Positions 50,635-64,000 of a DNA stretch of 64,000 nucleotides are shown one piece after another. The notes beneath the pieces were generated by a model. It was not told where the DNA came from. It saw only the letters and a list, made by a program, of their open reading frames with translations, and made no database searches. Position 1 is the stretch's first letter; the number at the start of each line of letters is the position of its first letter. Origin of the DNA: Azolla caroliniana (taxonomy: Eukaryota; Plantae; Polypodiophyta); assembly GCA_043228905.1 (NCBI GenBank), contig JBHGNT010000011.1, positions 19,778,001 through 19,842,000 on the forward strand, written 5' to 3'. The position numbers and the translations under genes are program-made.

Positions 50635-52985
50635 TCTTTTTTCTATTTTTGTCTAAAAAGATTTCCTTCATTAGTATTAAGAAAAAACGCCGTAAGGCTA
50701 CAAACTGTATAATTAGAGTGTTATATACAAAAAGGATAATGCTTGAGAGGAGAACGTGAATAGAGGCAACTTCCTCCATAACTGTAGTAAATTTTTCCTT
50801 TTCTTAAGAAAAATCTCCGAAGGGCCCAACATATTGTCATATTGCCCACGCACTACCGATAATAAGTTGTCCCATAATTCTAGCAATATATCTGAGAGAA
50901 GGGGAATTATAGAATCATATCGTGTTTTACACCGATACTTCCATAAGGTCCATAATTTAACCGTGGATACTGTTTTCCATACATGGGCTACATGCATTTG
51001 CTTTCGAGGTTGCTGAAAAGGGGATATAGATATTAGATGCCTGTTGACGACTGTCTTAGCCTCTAGAGCATCATATGCCTCATACAATAAGAAACTAGAA
51101 TGGAGAACCCCCATACCGCAAATCCCCTGGAGAATAGGCAACGTACATTAATTGTTAGGAATAAAGAAGGAACTTTATTCCATACCGGTTAGGCTATTGA
51201 ACAGGACCAGAGAGCATGCTTGGTAGTTTCCTGCAAGTCACCACAATAACTACATTGTCTAAGAACGGGTGCCACCTTTCCTTTCAAAGACTGGTCTACT
51301 GGTAGTGCTGCATGTAGTAAAAGCCATCTGAAGAGAGTGTATTTTGTTGGTCCCCTAAAAGACCAAATCGATTTCCAATAAGCCTTCAAATGATTGCTTG
51401 ATACACCCCACTTATTCCAGTGCTTTTGAGCCGCAGGATTTGGAATATTCTTTGACATGAGTAAGGTTCTACCAAATTTCACAATATATTGAAAGAACGG
51501 AACTTTTTGCATTGGATCCTTCATGGGACTAGTCCAAGACCATCCCCGTGGGTTCCACATTAGCCTATTAATTGGCTGTTGTGCATATAACCAAAGCATA
51601 TCCGACAAATGGGCTATTGACGGTTGTGGATCCAAGAGCCATTTCTTACCAGTTTTGGTAATCACCCTAACTGGAACAGTAAGCAGGTTTTGCAGCAAAT
51701 TATCAAAGGGTGTATAAGGCTGCAATTTATTATCGTGTTGAATATGGAAATAAAAAATACACCCGTCTGTAGAAATTCCTTTAAAAAAGAGCATCATGCC
51801 ATTCGTCAGGCAACCAAACCACATATGCTCATGCATTGGCTGAAGTCGTGATGAGGCCTGAGAGAAGGTTGCAGAAATATCCATTGTCATTGTCTTCGCC
51901 CCATATATCAAGTGTAACTGCTTAAGGCGATCCACTTCTGGCATCTGTTGAAAATGAATCCAAGATCCTACTGATGTTGATGGCCCATTGTCTAATTTTC
52001 CCCATGCAAGATGAGGTCTAAGGCCCAATACATTTCCAGTAGAATCCCGAACAAGAGAATTAGCCAAAAGCGGTTGATTCATCCAACCATCCCATGTGTT
52101 AGGCATGTCCTTGCGTATAAAAATCTTGATTGCATCCCATGCTCTGACGATCCCTAGTAGAAATCTATTGGATGTTAAATTCCGTCTCGGTGTCTGAATA
52201 TCTGTCAAGAACATCCATTTCAAAGACGGCAATGAGTTTCCTCCCGTCTTGGATATCAGCTGATTAAGCAACATACCCTTCCATGCCTCTGTCCATGGCA
52301 ACAATCCTCTAACTACAAACTTTGTCACGAGAGCTCGAGATTGTATCAAGGAATCTATTAGAGCTAACCCTCCTTGACTTTTTGGCCTAATCAAAACATC
52401 CCATGCCACCTTAGCCACTGCACGAGATCCATTTTTTCCACCCCAAAGGAAGTTACGTATGAGGTTTTGAACTTTCATGATTGCCGACCTAGAGAACAAC
52501 CAAGCAGATGCGATAAACCACATTGAGACCAACAACACCGAATTTGCAATGACAACCTGACCTGCAAGGGATAATTACTATGAGTCCCAATATACCAACT
52601 TACGCTTAATTGATAATAGCAATGGTGATAACATCACTTCAGATGGTAAATCTATACCAACAAGACAACCTAAATACCGAATCGGCTCCCCATAATTTAG
52701 CCAATGGAATGCAGGGCCTAGATACCATTGTGGATGTTGTTCATCACTGGCCCAAAGGCCTACAGATTTATTCCAATTGAGAGAGGCTCCAATAGCATCT
52801 GAAAATATCCGTAAAGCATTCTGTACCTGATCAAGATTAACAACATCTCCGCGAATATACAAAGTAGTGTCATCCGCAAACTCAACATCGAGAACTATTG
52901 AGTTTGCAATAGGTAAAGCTATTGCTTGGATGGTCGTCATTAAGGATCTAAGAAAAGATGATAAAGCTTCCCCAAATAAAATAGA
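50635..52985 (-). mobile_element. 5'-truncated L1/Tx1-like LINE (RT C-terminal half + zf-RVT) with TSD
   Basis: DVEFADDT, IRYLG, RNFLWGG, KVAWD, C..C....ET..HALWSC. AGGTTTCCTTCTTTTTT is duplicated at 50618-50634 and 52986-53002. Absent from the paralogous site near 20700. Confidence 0.9.
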
Positions 52986-53329
52986 AGGTTTCCTTCTTTT
53001 TTGCATCTCTTTGCACTAAGTAGAGCAAGTATTGATTCATTTGGAACAACTTTTCCTTCAGTAAACAGTTCCTCAAGTTCTTGAAATTCTTTGTCAATTG
53101 ATCCATCTTCATGCACCTCAATGAAAGCCCCAACAGTGCCAAATTAATTATCCTTCTCTTGCACCTTATGGTGCTTGTATTTGAAGGTAAATCATTGTCA
53201 ACCAAGCATGCTAATTTGACTCTAATATATAAGGGCAATGCTTTTGTGGATTTCCAATTCTTGCAAGAATAAAGCATTATCAGCTAGTGCCCCATCTGAT
53301 GCCCAATGCAATGAAGAGGTTTGTGGGGA

Positions 53330-54030
53330 TAACAAAGACCTTATCACAATTGTGAAATTCAGTATAGCCAGTGAGAAATGCATTCCAAGAGACTGACTAC
53401 ATATCGAGTTGGAACAATGTCAAAAAACCTACTTGAGCAGTTTCAAGGAATCCAAATTTTGCATACATATCAATGAGCATATTACTAATTGCAAGATCGG
53501 GTTTCAAACCCTGTTTGTAGATATTGGTATGCACTTCTTCTCTTTTTTCTACTACTCGAATATTGACCACGACATTTAGAGATATACCTTCTGAATGCAT
53601 ATGTGAGTGGCATATAAGAGCATCCTCCCCGCACTCATTTCTAGCATATCTTGAAATCAATGTTGTCCAAGAGACTATATTCTGTAATGGAAGTCTTTTG
53701 AACACATTGAGTGCCTTTGCGAAAACGTTTGAGTATACATATTCAACACTTAGGTAATATATACATGTCTCAAGATCTTGCAACATAGTGCAAGCCTTGA
53801 GCAAAGACACATCAAGTGGACTAAAATAATCCATTTTATGACATCATAAGCCTAGCCACATTGAATACATCCTGTGATGCGAGCATTCCAAGCAACAATA
53901 GTCTTCGTGGGAAGTTCAATGAATACTTGTTCAACTTTTACTAGATCACCACATTTTGCATGCATCTATACTAAGCTCCTTCCAAGATGGGTATTCTTTG
54001 CTAGAAATCCTCTTTGGAGAATATGAGAGC
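53330..54030 (-). pseudogene. Degenerate PLS-type PPR gene fragment
   Basis: NIVSWTTLISRYARNECGEDAL, NMLIDMYAKFGFLETA; upstream LV.MHAKCGDLVKVEQVF in a broken frame. Confidence 0.7.
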
Positions 54031-54446
54031 CTTTAATATGAAGGGACGTCTGCTGAGATTGAAAGAAAGGGGTTGTTGGATGAAACATTTTTCTTGGATA
54101 TGCTGAACATGAATAAGATTGGCTAGAAAGATTATTTATCTTTACCTAGAAAGATTGGCTACGGACATTCGCCATGGCTATACAATATTCATTGTAATAT
54201 TGGATTATCTTGTATATTGCCTCTCGCCACTTTAATTTTAATACCAATGGAGGATAGTTTTTTTTAAAAATATATCAAATGCAAGAAAATAAGAAAACAT
54301 AAATATTTAAACTTTAACCAAACTTAGCATGAAGATAAATCAAGTTCAAAAATGAAGATATAAATGGTGAATCAATCATCAATAAAGAGATGGAATAATG
54401 TGTTAGCTTTATATGCACAATGGGATAGTGCCTATGACATCAAGTA

Positions 54447-55699
54447 AACACGTTTGCGTTCACAAGTGGAAGGATCACACATATGTGGAAGGATAAGGAA
54501 TATTCCATTTGCTTTTGGGTTTTTTTGCCATTTCACAAAACACCTTGATACTAGTACCACATGTTCTCAAAAACTAGATTAAAAAGTTGAAAATTTCACC
54601 ATTTAGTAAAGTTGAAAAATGCCAAAATTTGGTCAACTAAGATTTAAAGTAAGTTTGTGTATTTTTAAGGAAAAAATAATAACAATAAGTTTTTAATCTT
54701 AAAGAATTCAAAAGGTGAAGATTTCAAAACAATCAACTTTTTTATATCATTCGACAAAATATTGTCTAAATTTGTTATATATCGTTGCACAAAAAATACA
54801 TTTAAGAGTTATTTGCATCATTATGATCACTCTTTTCATGAGAATCACTATTATAGCTAATATACAATTGTGACTCTTCCTCCTCATTTTCAAATGTACC
54901 AATCAAATCATTGTCTTCACCAAATGGTGTGCACTAAATCTTATTCGCCTTCAATATGAGACATCTTCTAGGCTTGGTAATATCTCTTTTATTATGTCTA
55001 TTGTTGTCTTCCTTAAACATCTAACTTTTGTCAATATAAAGTCATACACAATAATATCCACCTCACTAATGTCAAAGATAGTTGTATTACAAAGGTTTAA
55101 TGCATCACCATTTCCAAAACTTTACCAATCTAGAATTGGTGCCCTAGGTCATGACCATCTCTACATGTGTCGCTATTAATATCCCCACCTTGAGTTCTTG
55201 CAAGTTTCCTTGGCACCTAAGTTATGCTCATGTTGTCATCCTTGGTTCCATATAAATGTTTCTCTATTGTGGATGAACCAAAAAATAAAGATCAACATTA
55301 AGTGCTTGAAGTGGTGATTGAGAACCACAAGAATATTTTATAGACCATGTAAACGGCATTTGCAAGGTTTAATTACCATTAACACAATTATTAATGGTTT
55401 TTTGTTAATCAATGAAGTACATGCTCAACATAAGGTATCTTGTTGTGTAACATACTTCTTTGCATTATTGATATTCTTCTTTTTCTCTTGTAAAAACAGA
55501 TATTTTAGTACAATTCGAGTTCATGTTTAAAAAAGCTCTTTTATTTGAAAATAAAAACATTTGTAAACACGAACTCGATACATTAAATCAAGATGATATA
55601 AAAAACAAAGTTTTCATCACAAAGTTTTTTTTCCTAGATTTAAAAAAAAATAAAAATAGAGCTTGAGTTGATTAAAAACCAGAATTTTCATGATGTTTG
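54447..55699 (-). mobile_element. Decayed, internally deleted second member of the Sola-like family (right end), interrupted by a LINE
   Basis: TIR AACACGTTTGCGTTCACAAGTGGAAGGATC at 54447 with the right-end subterminal sequence. 54820-55260 is the reverse complement of the transposase 3' region (19440-20047). Palindrome half-sites TCGAGTTC (~55515) and GAACTCGATAC (55571). Confidence 0.8.
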
Positions 55700-56268
55700 T
55701 TTTTTTTTTCCAAAAAAAAACTCTTTCCATTAGTTATAAAATTTTACAAATGAGACGATTATGTACAAATCCCTGAAGGGACGCGATAGTTCCATCTTAT
55801 GTGGATGCCCATTGACTCAAGAAAGGGAGAGGACGACCATTGTTGAATAAAGGTTATTTGTTGTCTTTCAACTCCCTCGGAGCCGCCCTTAAAGGCCATC
55901 ATATTGGCTCTTCAGAGTGGCTACAATTTCACTCCATATCTCTTGCAATAACCTTTAACAATCGGCAACGGTTCGGTTCGGTTCGAAAGTCTCAAACCCA
56001 AACCGGTTCAAACCGAACTCTTAAGAAAATGTTGTAACCTAAACCGAAACCATTGAAACCGAACCGTTTACACAAAATTCAAACCTAAACCAAACGGTTC
56101 TAGAAGTACTAGAATCGTTAAACCGGTTAAACCGCGTTTTCGCGGTTCGGTTTTGGTTTTGGTATGAAACAAATTATTAATGTTTTTTCTCAATGCATTA
56201 TGAACTTAACAAGTTATATCAATTGGCCATTATAATGATACATAAAACTTTAAATAAGAACAATTTTC

Positions 56269-57310
56269 TTATGAGGAAAGTTTCTCATATGCAACAATGA
56301 AAATTGCAACAACAAGAGCACCAATAAGTGCACCCATAATCCATTTGATGAAAATTGCAACAACAAGAGCACCAATAAGTCCACCCATAATCCATTTGTT
56401 GTGACTCATTCTTCGTGTCATGGATATTAAAATCTTCTTACTCTTACTAATGTTGTCATCCACATCACCAAGCTACAATATCAAAAGCAACATCCTCAAA
56501 AAATTAGCATAGATACATAACAAAGAATCAAAATATTAAGAGAACAAATTCTTAATTTTAAAGTCAATGGTCATTGGTAACATAATGTAGCTAGCATCTC
56601 CTTCAATCATCTGAAAAGTTTCACCAAATGGATGAAATGGTTAAGATTTAAACTATATTGCATCGATGACACCTCAACCAAAGTTGTGATGATTCCATGT
56701 GATTCACCTGCACTATCTTCTACATTAACTACTGATTAAATATATTGTTGTTTTTTGTTAGCTTCTATAACAGCTATCCTTCAAAGAATTCCTTACATCC
56801 TTGGTTTTATACATTTAGTGTCTTAGTAACTTCAATATAGCCAAAACTTGCAAGCAGTACTTGGAATTGTAGGTGTAAACACATCTCTTCAATTATCCTC
56901 TCTAATTAATCTGGTCTCCATATCCTCCGGCAATGGAGAAGATAGGTCTTATCAATACTATTCCAATACACATATAGGTAAGAGAATCCAATGTATACTG
57001 AAATTAAAACATTTTTTTCCTTGACATCAATAAAAACGATCGTACTGCATGAAAATGTATTTCTAATCTAGCTTCTCTAATACTAAAAACATTGAAATGT
57101 AATCATGAACAAATCAACCAGAGACAATATCTCCATTTAGAGAGTAGCAAAGTAGAAAAACTATATATTGTTGTACCTTATCTTGTGCATGAAGGAGTGT
57201 TTGTCTTTGTTGATGGAGATCTTGCAATATGGAAACACCAAGCTCCTCAGTTTCTAGAATAGTCCTCTTGCTTTCTCTAATTTTTTCACTAGATTGATTA
57301 AGCCTCTTCA
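56269..57310 (-). pseudogene. VTI1: Captured 3' fragment of a VTI1-type Qb-SNARE gene (2 exons plus intron)
   Basis: RLNQSSEKIRESKRTILETEELGVSILQDLHQQRQTLLHAQDK|gt (exon ends 57177) ... ag|LGDVDDNISKSKKILISMTRRMSHNKWIMGGLIGALVVAIFI (56472-56269). The TM segment has a 48-bp duplication. Confidence 0.85.
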
Positions 57311-57507
57311 GCACACGAAATAATTTTAAAATGACATCAATATAACAATGGTTGGATCCAAGTTAAAACCACCAAATCATGAAGAATGAACAAATTTAAG
57401 TGCAAATGCCAAACACTTAAATTTTAAATTTTAAATATGTCCGTCAACAGTATGAAAGTATAATGTTTGAAATTAAAAAGAAATAAATGGGCAATTAAGC
57501 ACATGTT

Positions 57508-59711
57508 CTAACTTCTAATTTGACTCAACATATAGTCCACTACATCATCCTCCATAGCAATATCTTCCACATCTATATCCAACTTATTATACGCTTCACT
57601 AAAGTCTTCAGGTAATGAAACATTTGCCTCATTAAGGACATCCAACCATGACCTAATGCACATTTCAACCTTGAAAGTCCATGAGTGTAGACGAATTCTA
57701 TCGTGAAAGTTATCTTTTGCTTCAGAATTAGCCTCCTCTGAAGGCACTGATGATGCTGGTATTGCTAAATAGTCACACGCCATCTTGTACATTCGAGGTA
57801 AAGCAAACCTAGTTTAGATGTAAACAAACATTTTGAAACTGATTTTGCACAAATTTGATGAAAAATGTTAAATTTATAATTGAGAAATGTGAAGCAAACC
57901 TGTTGTTAAACCACCATTGAAGTGGATCAATATCAGTTTGTGCTACTGCTCGAGGAATTCTCATAAACTGTTCCATTTCTAATTGTGAAGATGTCATTGA
58001 TTCTTGAGAAGGCTTATTGACACCTAAGATTTCCCAAAGATCTTCACGTTTTGTAAGATCTCTTTCATGTGTTTCATCATTAGAGTTTGGAACATAAAGT
58101 ACATAATTTTTTTCCAAGACTTTGTGAACCAAATTAATATCCAAATTCCTCTCAATTGTGTTATTGGATATTGGAACTCTGAAAACATATATGAAGACGA
58201 AACACATTACGTAATATGTATGAAAAAAAATATAGCAATCAATTTATTATGTATGAAAAAAGCTATTAATAGAGCAACATACCGTGGATCAAGAAAGGTC
58301 GCAATTCGAGAAGGTATGGACTTCAACGATTCTTGATATCTTATCAAATATTGTAAACATTTCTCACTAGCTTTTTCTTGCACTTCAAGAGTTGCCTTAC
58401 TTGAGCTAGATTCTATTGATTCCACATCCACTCCCAAATACTTGTTACAATGTGATAACATGCCATTGAAGGCAAGAGAAGCTATTGAGAGGGTGGGGTA
58501 CTTTGACCCACTTAAATAGGTATAAATTCTTGCAGGTAGAAGAAGCCATTGCTCCATTGCTTGTATGTGGTTCCAATCATCTATAGTAAGCATACTATCA
58601 ACGAAATCCGCAACAATAATAGAGTCGGCTATAGTGCAACTTAAAACATCTCTAAGTTTCAAGGCTTCTTAATACATTTCTAAGGTGGAATTCCATCTCG
58701 TAATGATATCAAGACAAGGTGGCTCCCACTCTCCATGCTCATACATTGATTTAGAATACTTTCTAAATATAGCTCTACGAACTTTACTAGAACGTATGGA
58801 TACCAAAATATTTCTCAACTTCATAGTGGAAGATGAGATGACCTCTAATGCAGCCTTAATACCAAGTTGAAATACATGAACCATACATCTCAACATAATA
58901 TTTGATGAAGGCAAAATATCATCTCCATGCATATCATGTAACAATCTACCCAACTCATTTGAGGCCATAATAGCATCACTAGCACCATCAGATGTTATGG
59001 ATAAGATGTGAGAAGAAATACCGAAGGATTTTAAACGCATAAATAAAGCTTGACCACAACGCTTACCTACGCCATCACCAGGAAATACATGGAAGAAATC
59101 AATGAGCATAGACATTGGCTTGGCAGATTCTCTACATATTGGATAAAATCCTTTCAAACTACTATTTGACCACCCATCAAACGTAATTGCAAAACGTGAA
59201 TCGAGTGTAGACAAAAAACCTATAACTATTTGACGAATGACAACATACATTTGCCCTATTGATCGTTTTAAAGTACATGCTGACTTAAGCCTATACCCTG
59301 GTAAGACATAATGCATGAATTGTTTAGAACCTAAGGACTCAACATGGACATAAGGCAACATTTCTATGATTATATATTTTCTGACAGAGCTATCAATTTT
59401 CTTCTCTAATGTACGAGTTATTAGAAGCTTGGATGTATCTAAGGGATTTTGGATCATAGACATTGGACTCATACTTGAGGAACTATGTGGCTCAAATGTG
59501 CTATTAATGTGATGTTTTTCTAATAAATGTTTTGTTAGAGTACCCGTGGATGTATTAGTTGACAAAGTACTAGAGCAATGTGAGCATCGACGACGGGGCA
59601 CACCATTATCTATGATATTTATCGTGTGTCGGTCTGTCCATGAAGTTCGTTGTCTCTTTGATTTTCCTTGAGAATGTTCATTGAAGGGGTGTCCACACTT
59701 GACTCCATGTT
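57508..59711 (-). pseudogene. hAT transposase (BED finger, DDE core, hATC dimerisation domain) with a premature stop at 58671-58669
   Basis: RCSHC...TGTLTKHLLEKH, AITFDGWS, ITSDGA, RCMVHVFQL, TRWNST, TFLDPR, DPLQWW, MACDYLAIPASSVPSE; introns in the 3' part. Confidence 0.9.
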
Positions 59712-61437
59712 CTATGAGGAATAGAAAACTATATCGGACAATGAAGTCATAATTAGTGGTATAATAAGATGATACGTATAAAATCAAGGCCATAGATTAC
59801 TCAAGATATTGAAGGAGATAGATCTTAACATGGAATATTTATAAGTGAACATAGATCTTGATTGAAAAGAGTACAAAATCCAATGCTACAACCTACAATC
59901 ACAAGACACCTCTAAAAATTTGAGCAATGTGCTCAACTATGTCACATAAGTATGTACGATTGCACTAACATAAATACTTCTTTGAGTCAGAGAATTGGGA
60001 TGAACATTGAGAAGTACAAATATCCTTACGTATGTTATGTATGTATGGTTTATGCAACACGAGTAATAACTTACATGCATATGTGTACATCCACGTGTTT
60101 GCACATTAATATCACGCATCATCGCACATTAATATCACAAGCCAAAAAGCTCAAAGCGTCTCTTTTTTCTCAACTAGCATTTGCCTACATTTATGTCAAC
60201 ATACGAAAGAAATTGTGGGACAGTGTATATCCTCCCAATTAAATCATGGGCAAAGTATTTCTAGATTAATGGTTCTTACTTTGATGAAAACATGAAGTTC
60301 TAAAGCATTTTCTGGCTGGAAGAAAACCTATTTCGTGGCCAATGTCGTACCCTTGAATCTACCATTATTTATCCCTATCTACTCCATGCAAAGAAAAGAT
60401 GGGTCTCCCATGATCTTTCAATCTTTTGATCAAAAAATGTTTTAAAAATTCATTGGTGTAAAATTAAGCTACTTTTGGAGCAGTCATAAACGCCATCTTA
60501 TGGTACTCGGCATATATATGGCATTTTGTTTTTGTACAACATATATGGCAATAGGTAATGCATTTTAGCATTGTTGCTAGTTGGCAATGCCCCACTAAGA
60601 CTTGTACATGTATAAAGGTTTTCTTTACTTACAACACTTTCTATTAAAATTATTGCCTTATCCTCATTAATTGAAAAAAGTATTTCCAAAAATTATGCAT
60701 ATATTTTTTGTAACTTGATGGAGTAATAACATTTTTCCCATCAAGTGTCCTTTAATTTAATTATGTAGATCTAAATTTCTAAATCTATAAAGTTAAGGTT
60801 AGCAATGTAGCTCTAGTAAATCAATGGCATCCATGATCCTTACCATACGTTTCAAATACATAATTACATAATAGCCTGACATTGAACTCCTTATAATATG
60901 ATACCCTTACGCCTATTTGGCATGTACTTTGGAAATTTATGCCTTATATGATGCATTCCACATGAACTGTGTTTAGGAAAAATACTTGATTAGTCTGAGC
61001 ACTCACAAACTAGCCTGACCACTGCAGAAGAAGAAGGAGAGGAAGATGAAGGAGAGGGAGAAGAACTGTTGCAGTCTGTAGAAGAAGAAGGAGAGGGAGA
61101 TGAAGGAGAAGAGAAATTAGAATTGAGACTCGTTAGTAGTTACTGTTTGATAAAGAAATAAAAGTAAAAAAGGTATACAAACTAGGTTTTTGAAAAGCTA
61201 GGTTAAATTTGATCACTTTTTGCTAAATTGACATAACTGACCTTCAAAAAATGTGTTGAGAGAGAAATTTATAAAAGTATCTCACCAAACCGTTAAACCG
61301 TTTAAACTGAAATTGTTAAGCCGATGAGGACTCAAACCGAACCGAACTGAACTGGTGTCCCCCCCGAACCGAACCATACCATTTAAGTCGTTAAACCAAT
61401 TAAACCGCGGTTTCTCGGTTCGGTTTGGTTCGGTTCA

Positions 61438-61632
61438 AACCGAACCGTTGCCGATTGTTAGTAACCTTGTTGGATGTGCGGTTTGGTTGGAGAAGACTCG
61501 CCTACATTGTTGTTCCCATAGAATCCAAAGAGAACCGAACCGAACCGTTGCCAATTGTTAGTAACCTTGTTGGATGTGCGGTTTGGTTGGAGAAGACTCG
61601 CCTACATTGTTGTTCCCATAGAATCCAAAGAG
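61438..61632. repeat. 100-bp-period direct duplication of the hAT TIR plus adjacent flank
   Basis: AACCGAACCGTTGCCRATTGTTA-GTAACCTTGTTGG...GAATCCAAAGAG occurs twice, with the TIR ending at 61460 and 61560. Confidence 0.9.
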
Positions 61633-64000
61633 TTATTGGGCTGACCAATTCCAACACCTCTTGAGATTTGTCATTAAGAGGAGTGGAGTGGACATTGCCG
61701 CTGGAGGAGAAAAATACCACTTGTGCTTTTATCACTAAAGTCATCCCCTCCTCCTGATGCTCGTATTTGCCAATTGCGGCCTGCCATGATAGCCAACATA
61801 TATTTCCCCACTTGATTGAGCCTTGCACCTGGCATAATTGCAACAAGCGGCCAACCCCCCGGCATATTGATTCTACTACATGTGGGCACTCTACACAATT
61901 AGGAGAGCTAAGGTTCCCACGTTGCCATGCTCCCACCGGTAGGGACTTATGTATTAATAGCCATTGGAATGTGGTAATTCGCCTAGCGTGTTGTTGTTTC
62001 CAGATTTTTTGCCAAAACTTGGTGATTATTGTGGGAGGAACTTGAAATGTGTGCCAAACCTTCGCAGCAACCGGCTCTCAGGCGGTTTGACCAACTAGAA
62101 TGTGGCGACCCAATCTAGAAGTGAATTGGAAGAAAGGGATGGTTTTGCTTCCTTGTGTTGCATAGGGATCACACCATGTCCATTGCAAAGGGTCCCAAAG
62201 GACCTTACGTAGCCATGTGTTTTCATGAATACATATGTGCCAATCAGGTTGTACTTTGATCGTATCAAGATCTACAATCCATTTATGACCAGTATACGTG
62301 AGTACTGGAATTGCGTTATTTTGTGTTGGTGTCTCAGTGTCTCACAATTCAGAGCCTTCGAGTTTGTCTGGTGGACCCCTACCTCTTGGGAACAGAGATC
62401 CCTCCTCCTCGTGGCCTATCCATTTCTCCATTGTCATCCTTTGAGTAGCAGATTCCCTAATTGTACAGTGTTAATGATTTCCGATCTTATAGTCCATCCG
62501 CCCCTGATTCCATGGAATATGTTCGCCTGATCTTGTAGTGGCAGTGACATAAACCGTTACCAACATTCTATACTTTTTCCTGGACCTTCTGCAATGTATC
62601 CCCTTGACAACCCCTTACGTGATCCCAGTAGTTGATTAGATTCATCCTTGATACATGGGTTCCATAGGATACATTGACTGAGCTAGGCAGGTTCGGATCT
62701 TAGTTGATCACACTTGAGCCCTTGACGAATGTCACACCATGCCTTCCACATGGATGCACTGAATCTATCCTCCAATTTGGCGGGAGAAACTAGGTTTGAG
62801 ATCCATGTTTAGAATCCATCCCGTTTGGGGGGCCCAATTGACCCCTTTTGTGGCCTAAAGTAAGCGAAACGTAACCCCAATAGCATTTTCCAACAGTCAT
62901 TTCCTGGTTGGAGTCCTCGCACCACAAAGTAAGGCTTTTGATTGTGAAAAGGGATCGATAAGACCCAATCCCCCTCTCGACTAGGCGATGTGAGTATAGG
63001 CCATGCCACCTTGGTGCGAGCTACATGGTCTTCCTTACTAGACCAAATGTAGTTGTGGACCAGTCGTTGAATTTGATGTATACTTCCGTTGGAGATTGTC
63101 CAGCATGATAGACTGTACCATGTTGTTGGAAGTAGTACCTGATTTGCCACTATGATGTGACCTGCTAGCGACAGTTTTTTCGAGCTCCAATGTATCAACT
63201 TTTGTCGAATGGAATGGATAATGGATGCAATCATAGTCTACAGAGGTATGTTGAAACCAATTTGGAAACCCAAATATTTGGTGCTCGCTCCTTGATTGAT
63301 CCATTTGAAAGCGGGATGTGGGTGCCACATCGGATGTGTTTCCTGAGAGAGCCATATTACGCAAGATTTGTGCCAATTGATCATGGCGTTGGATCTCTTG
63401 CAAAATACAACTAGCCCACTTTCTAGCTTTTGGAGGTTTTCCAAGTCCCCTTGCATGTAGACTGTTGTGTCATCTGCAAATTCTATATCCAGGATGCTTT
63501 GATGAGAATGAGGTACGGGAATACCACGTAGGTTGAGATGTCGCGAGTTGAGAAAGCAAGAGAGTGCTTCGGCGTATAATAGAAATAAGGATGGAGCTAG
63601 TGGGCATCCATGCCGTATAGGTCGGGATATTCGGAGAAAGGGGCCCCTTTCACCTGCCAATGAAACGCAATTGTTGCCATTCCTATAAAGTCCTGCAATG
63701 CCTTTGATCCATGTCTCTTGAAAGCTGAGTTTCCCCATCACACTTTCTAGAAAGTTCCAGCATACCCTATCATATGCTTTCGTCGTTTCGTCTCCATCCT
63801 ATGGCAATATTCCTCATTTTGTCGCCATCCTCAATGGTCGTTCCATCCTCTCAATTGAGGCTGCACATCACAATTCTAGCATGCCTCGGGCCTTTGGAGC
63901 AGAAGAATTCCTTCGTTGTTTTGTCCCCTACTCGAATCCATCGTGCCATGCTTCCATGAAACTCCATGTCATATATTTCCTTTTCCACCATGCTAAGTTC

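Larger units (their letters stand above)
55956..61460 (-). mobile_element. 5.5-kb hAT DNA transposon
   Basis: TIRs TAACAATCGGCAACGG / CCGTTGCCGATTGTTA; 8-bp TSD ATAACCTT (55948-55955) / GTAACCTT (61461-61468); AACCG subterminal repeats; internal transposase. Confidence 0.93.
55700..64000 (-). mobile_element. L1/Tx1-like LINE split by a hAT insertion (3' end 55700-55955; body 61461 to window end)
   Basis: RT: IRHGCPLAPSLFLL, DIEFADDT, KYLG, IIVANQVLL. Poly(A) appears as a T-run at ~55700. Continuity across the hAT is shown by the uninterrupted relative at 420-1135. Confidence 0.85.

Overview
AT-rich, intron-containing land-plant genomic DNA; a non-seed plant such as a fern is an inference from the repeat style. 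Host genes are three tandem, apparently intact 8-exon MATE/DTX transporters (5303-8375, 37613-40605, 47276-50172), a 10-exon alpha-dioxygenase (22849-27015), and DUF620 and PPR relics. These sit among LINEs, a copia gag relic, a hAT element carrying a captured VTI1 SNARE fragment, and a matching MITE. The stand-out feature is a 9.0-kb DNA transposon (11386-20392) with ~35-bp TIRs and a 4-bp ATAA target-site duplication. It carries a Sola-like DDD transposase and, divergently, a 6-exon gene for a ~974-aa protein fusing a ParB/Srx-like domain to a bacterial-type beta-class amino (N6A/N4C) DNA methyltransferase. Intron 1 of that gene holds five 25-bp palindromes phased at 51-52 bp, resembling parS. 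Both genes in this copy carry a few nonsense or frameshift lesions. A decayed second family member starts at 54447. All calls come from reading the sequence by eye; no database searches were run.
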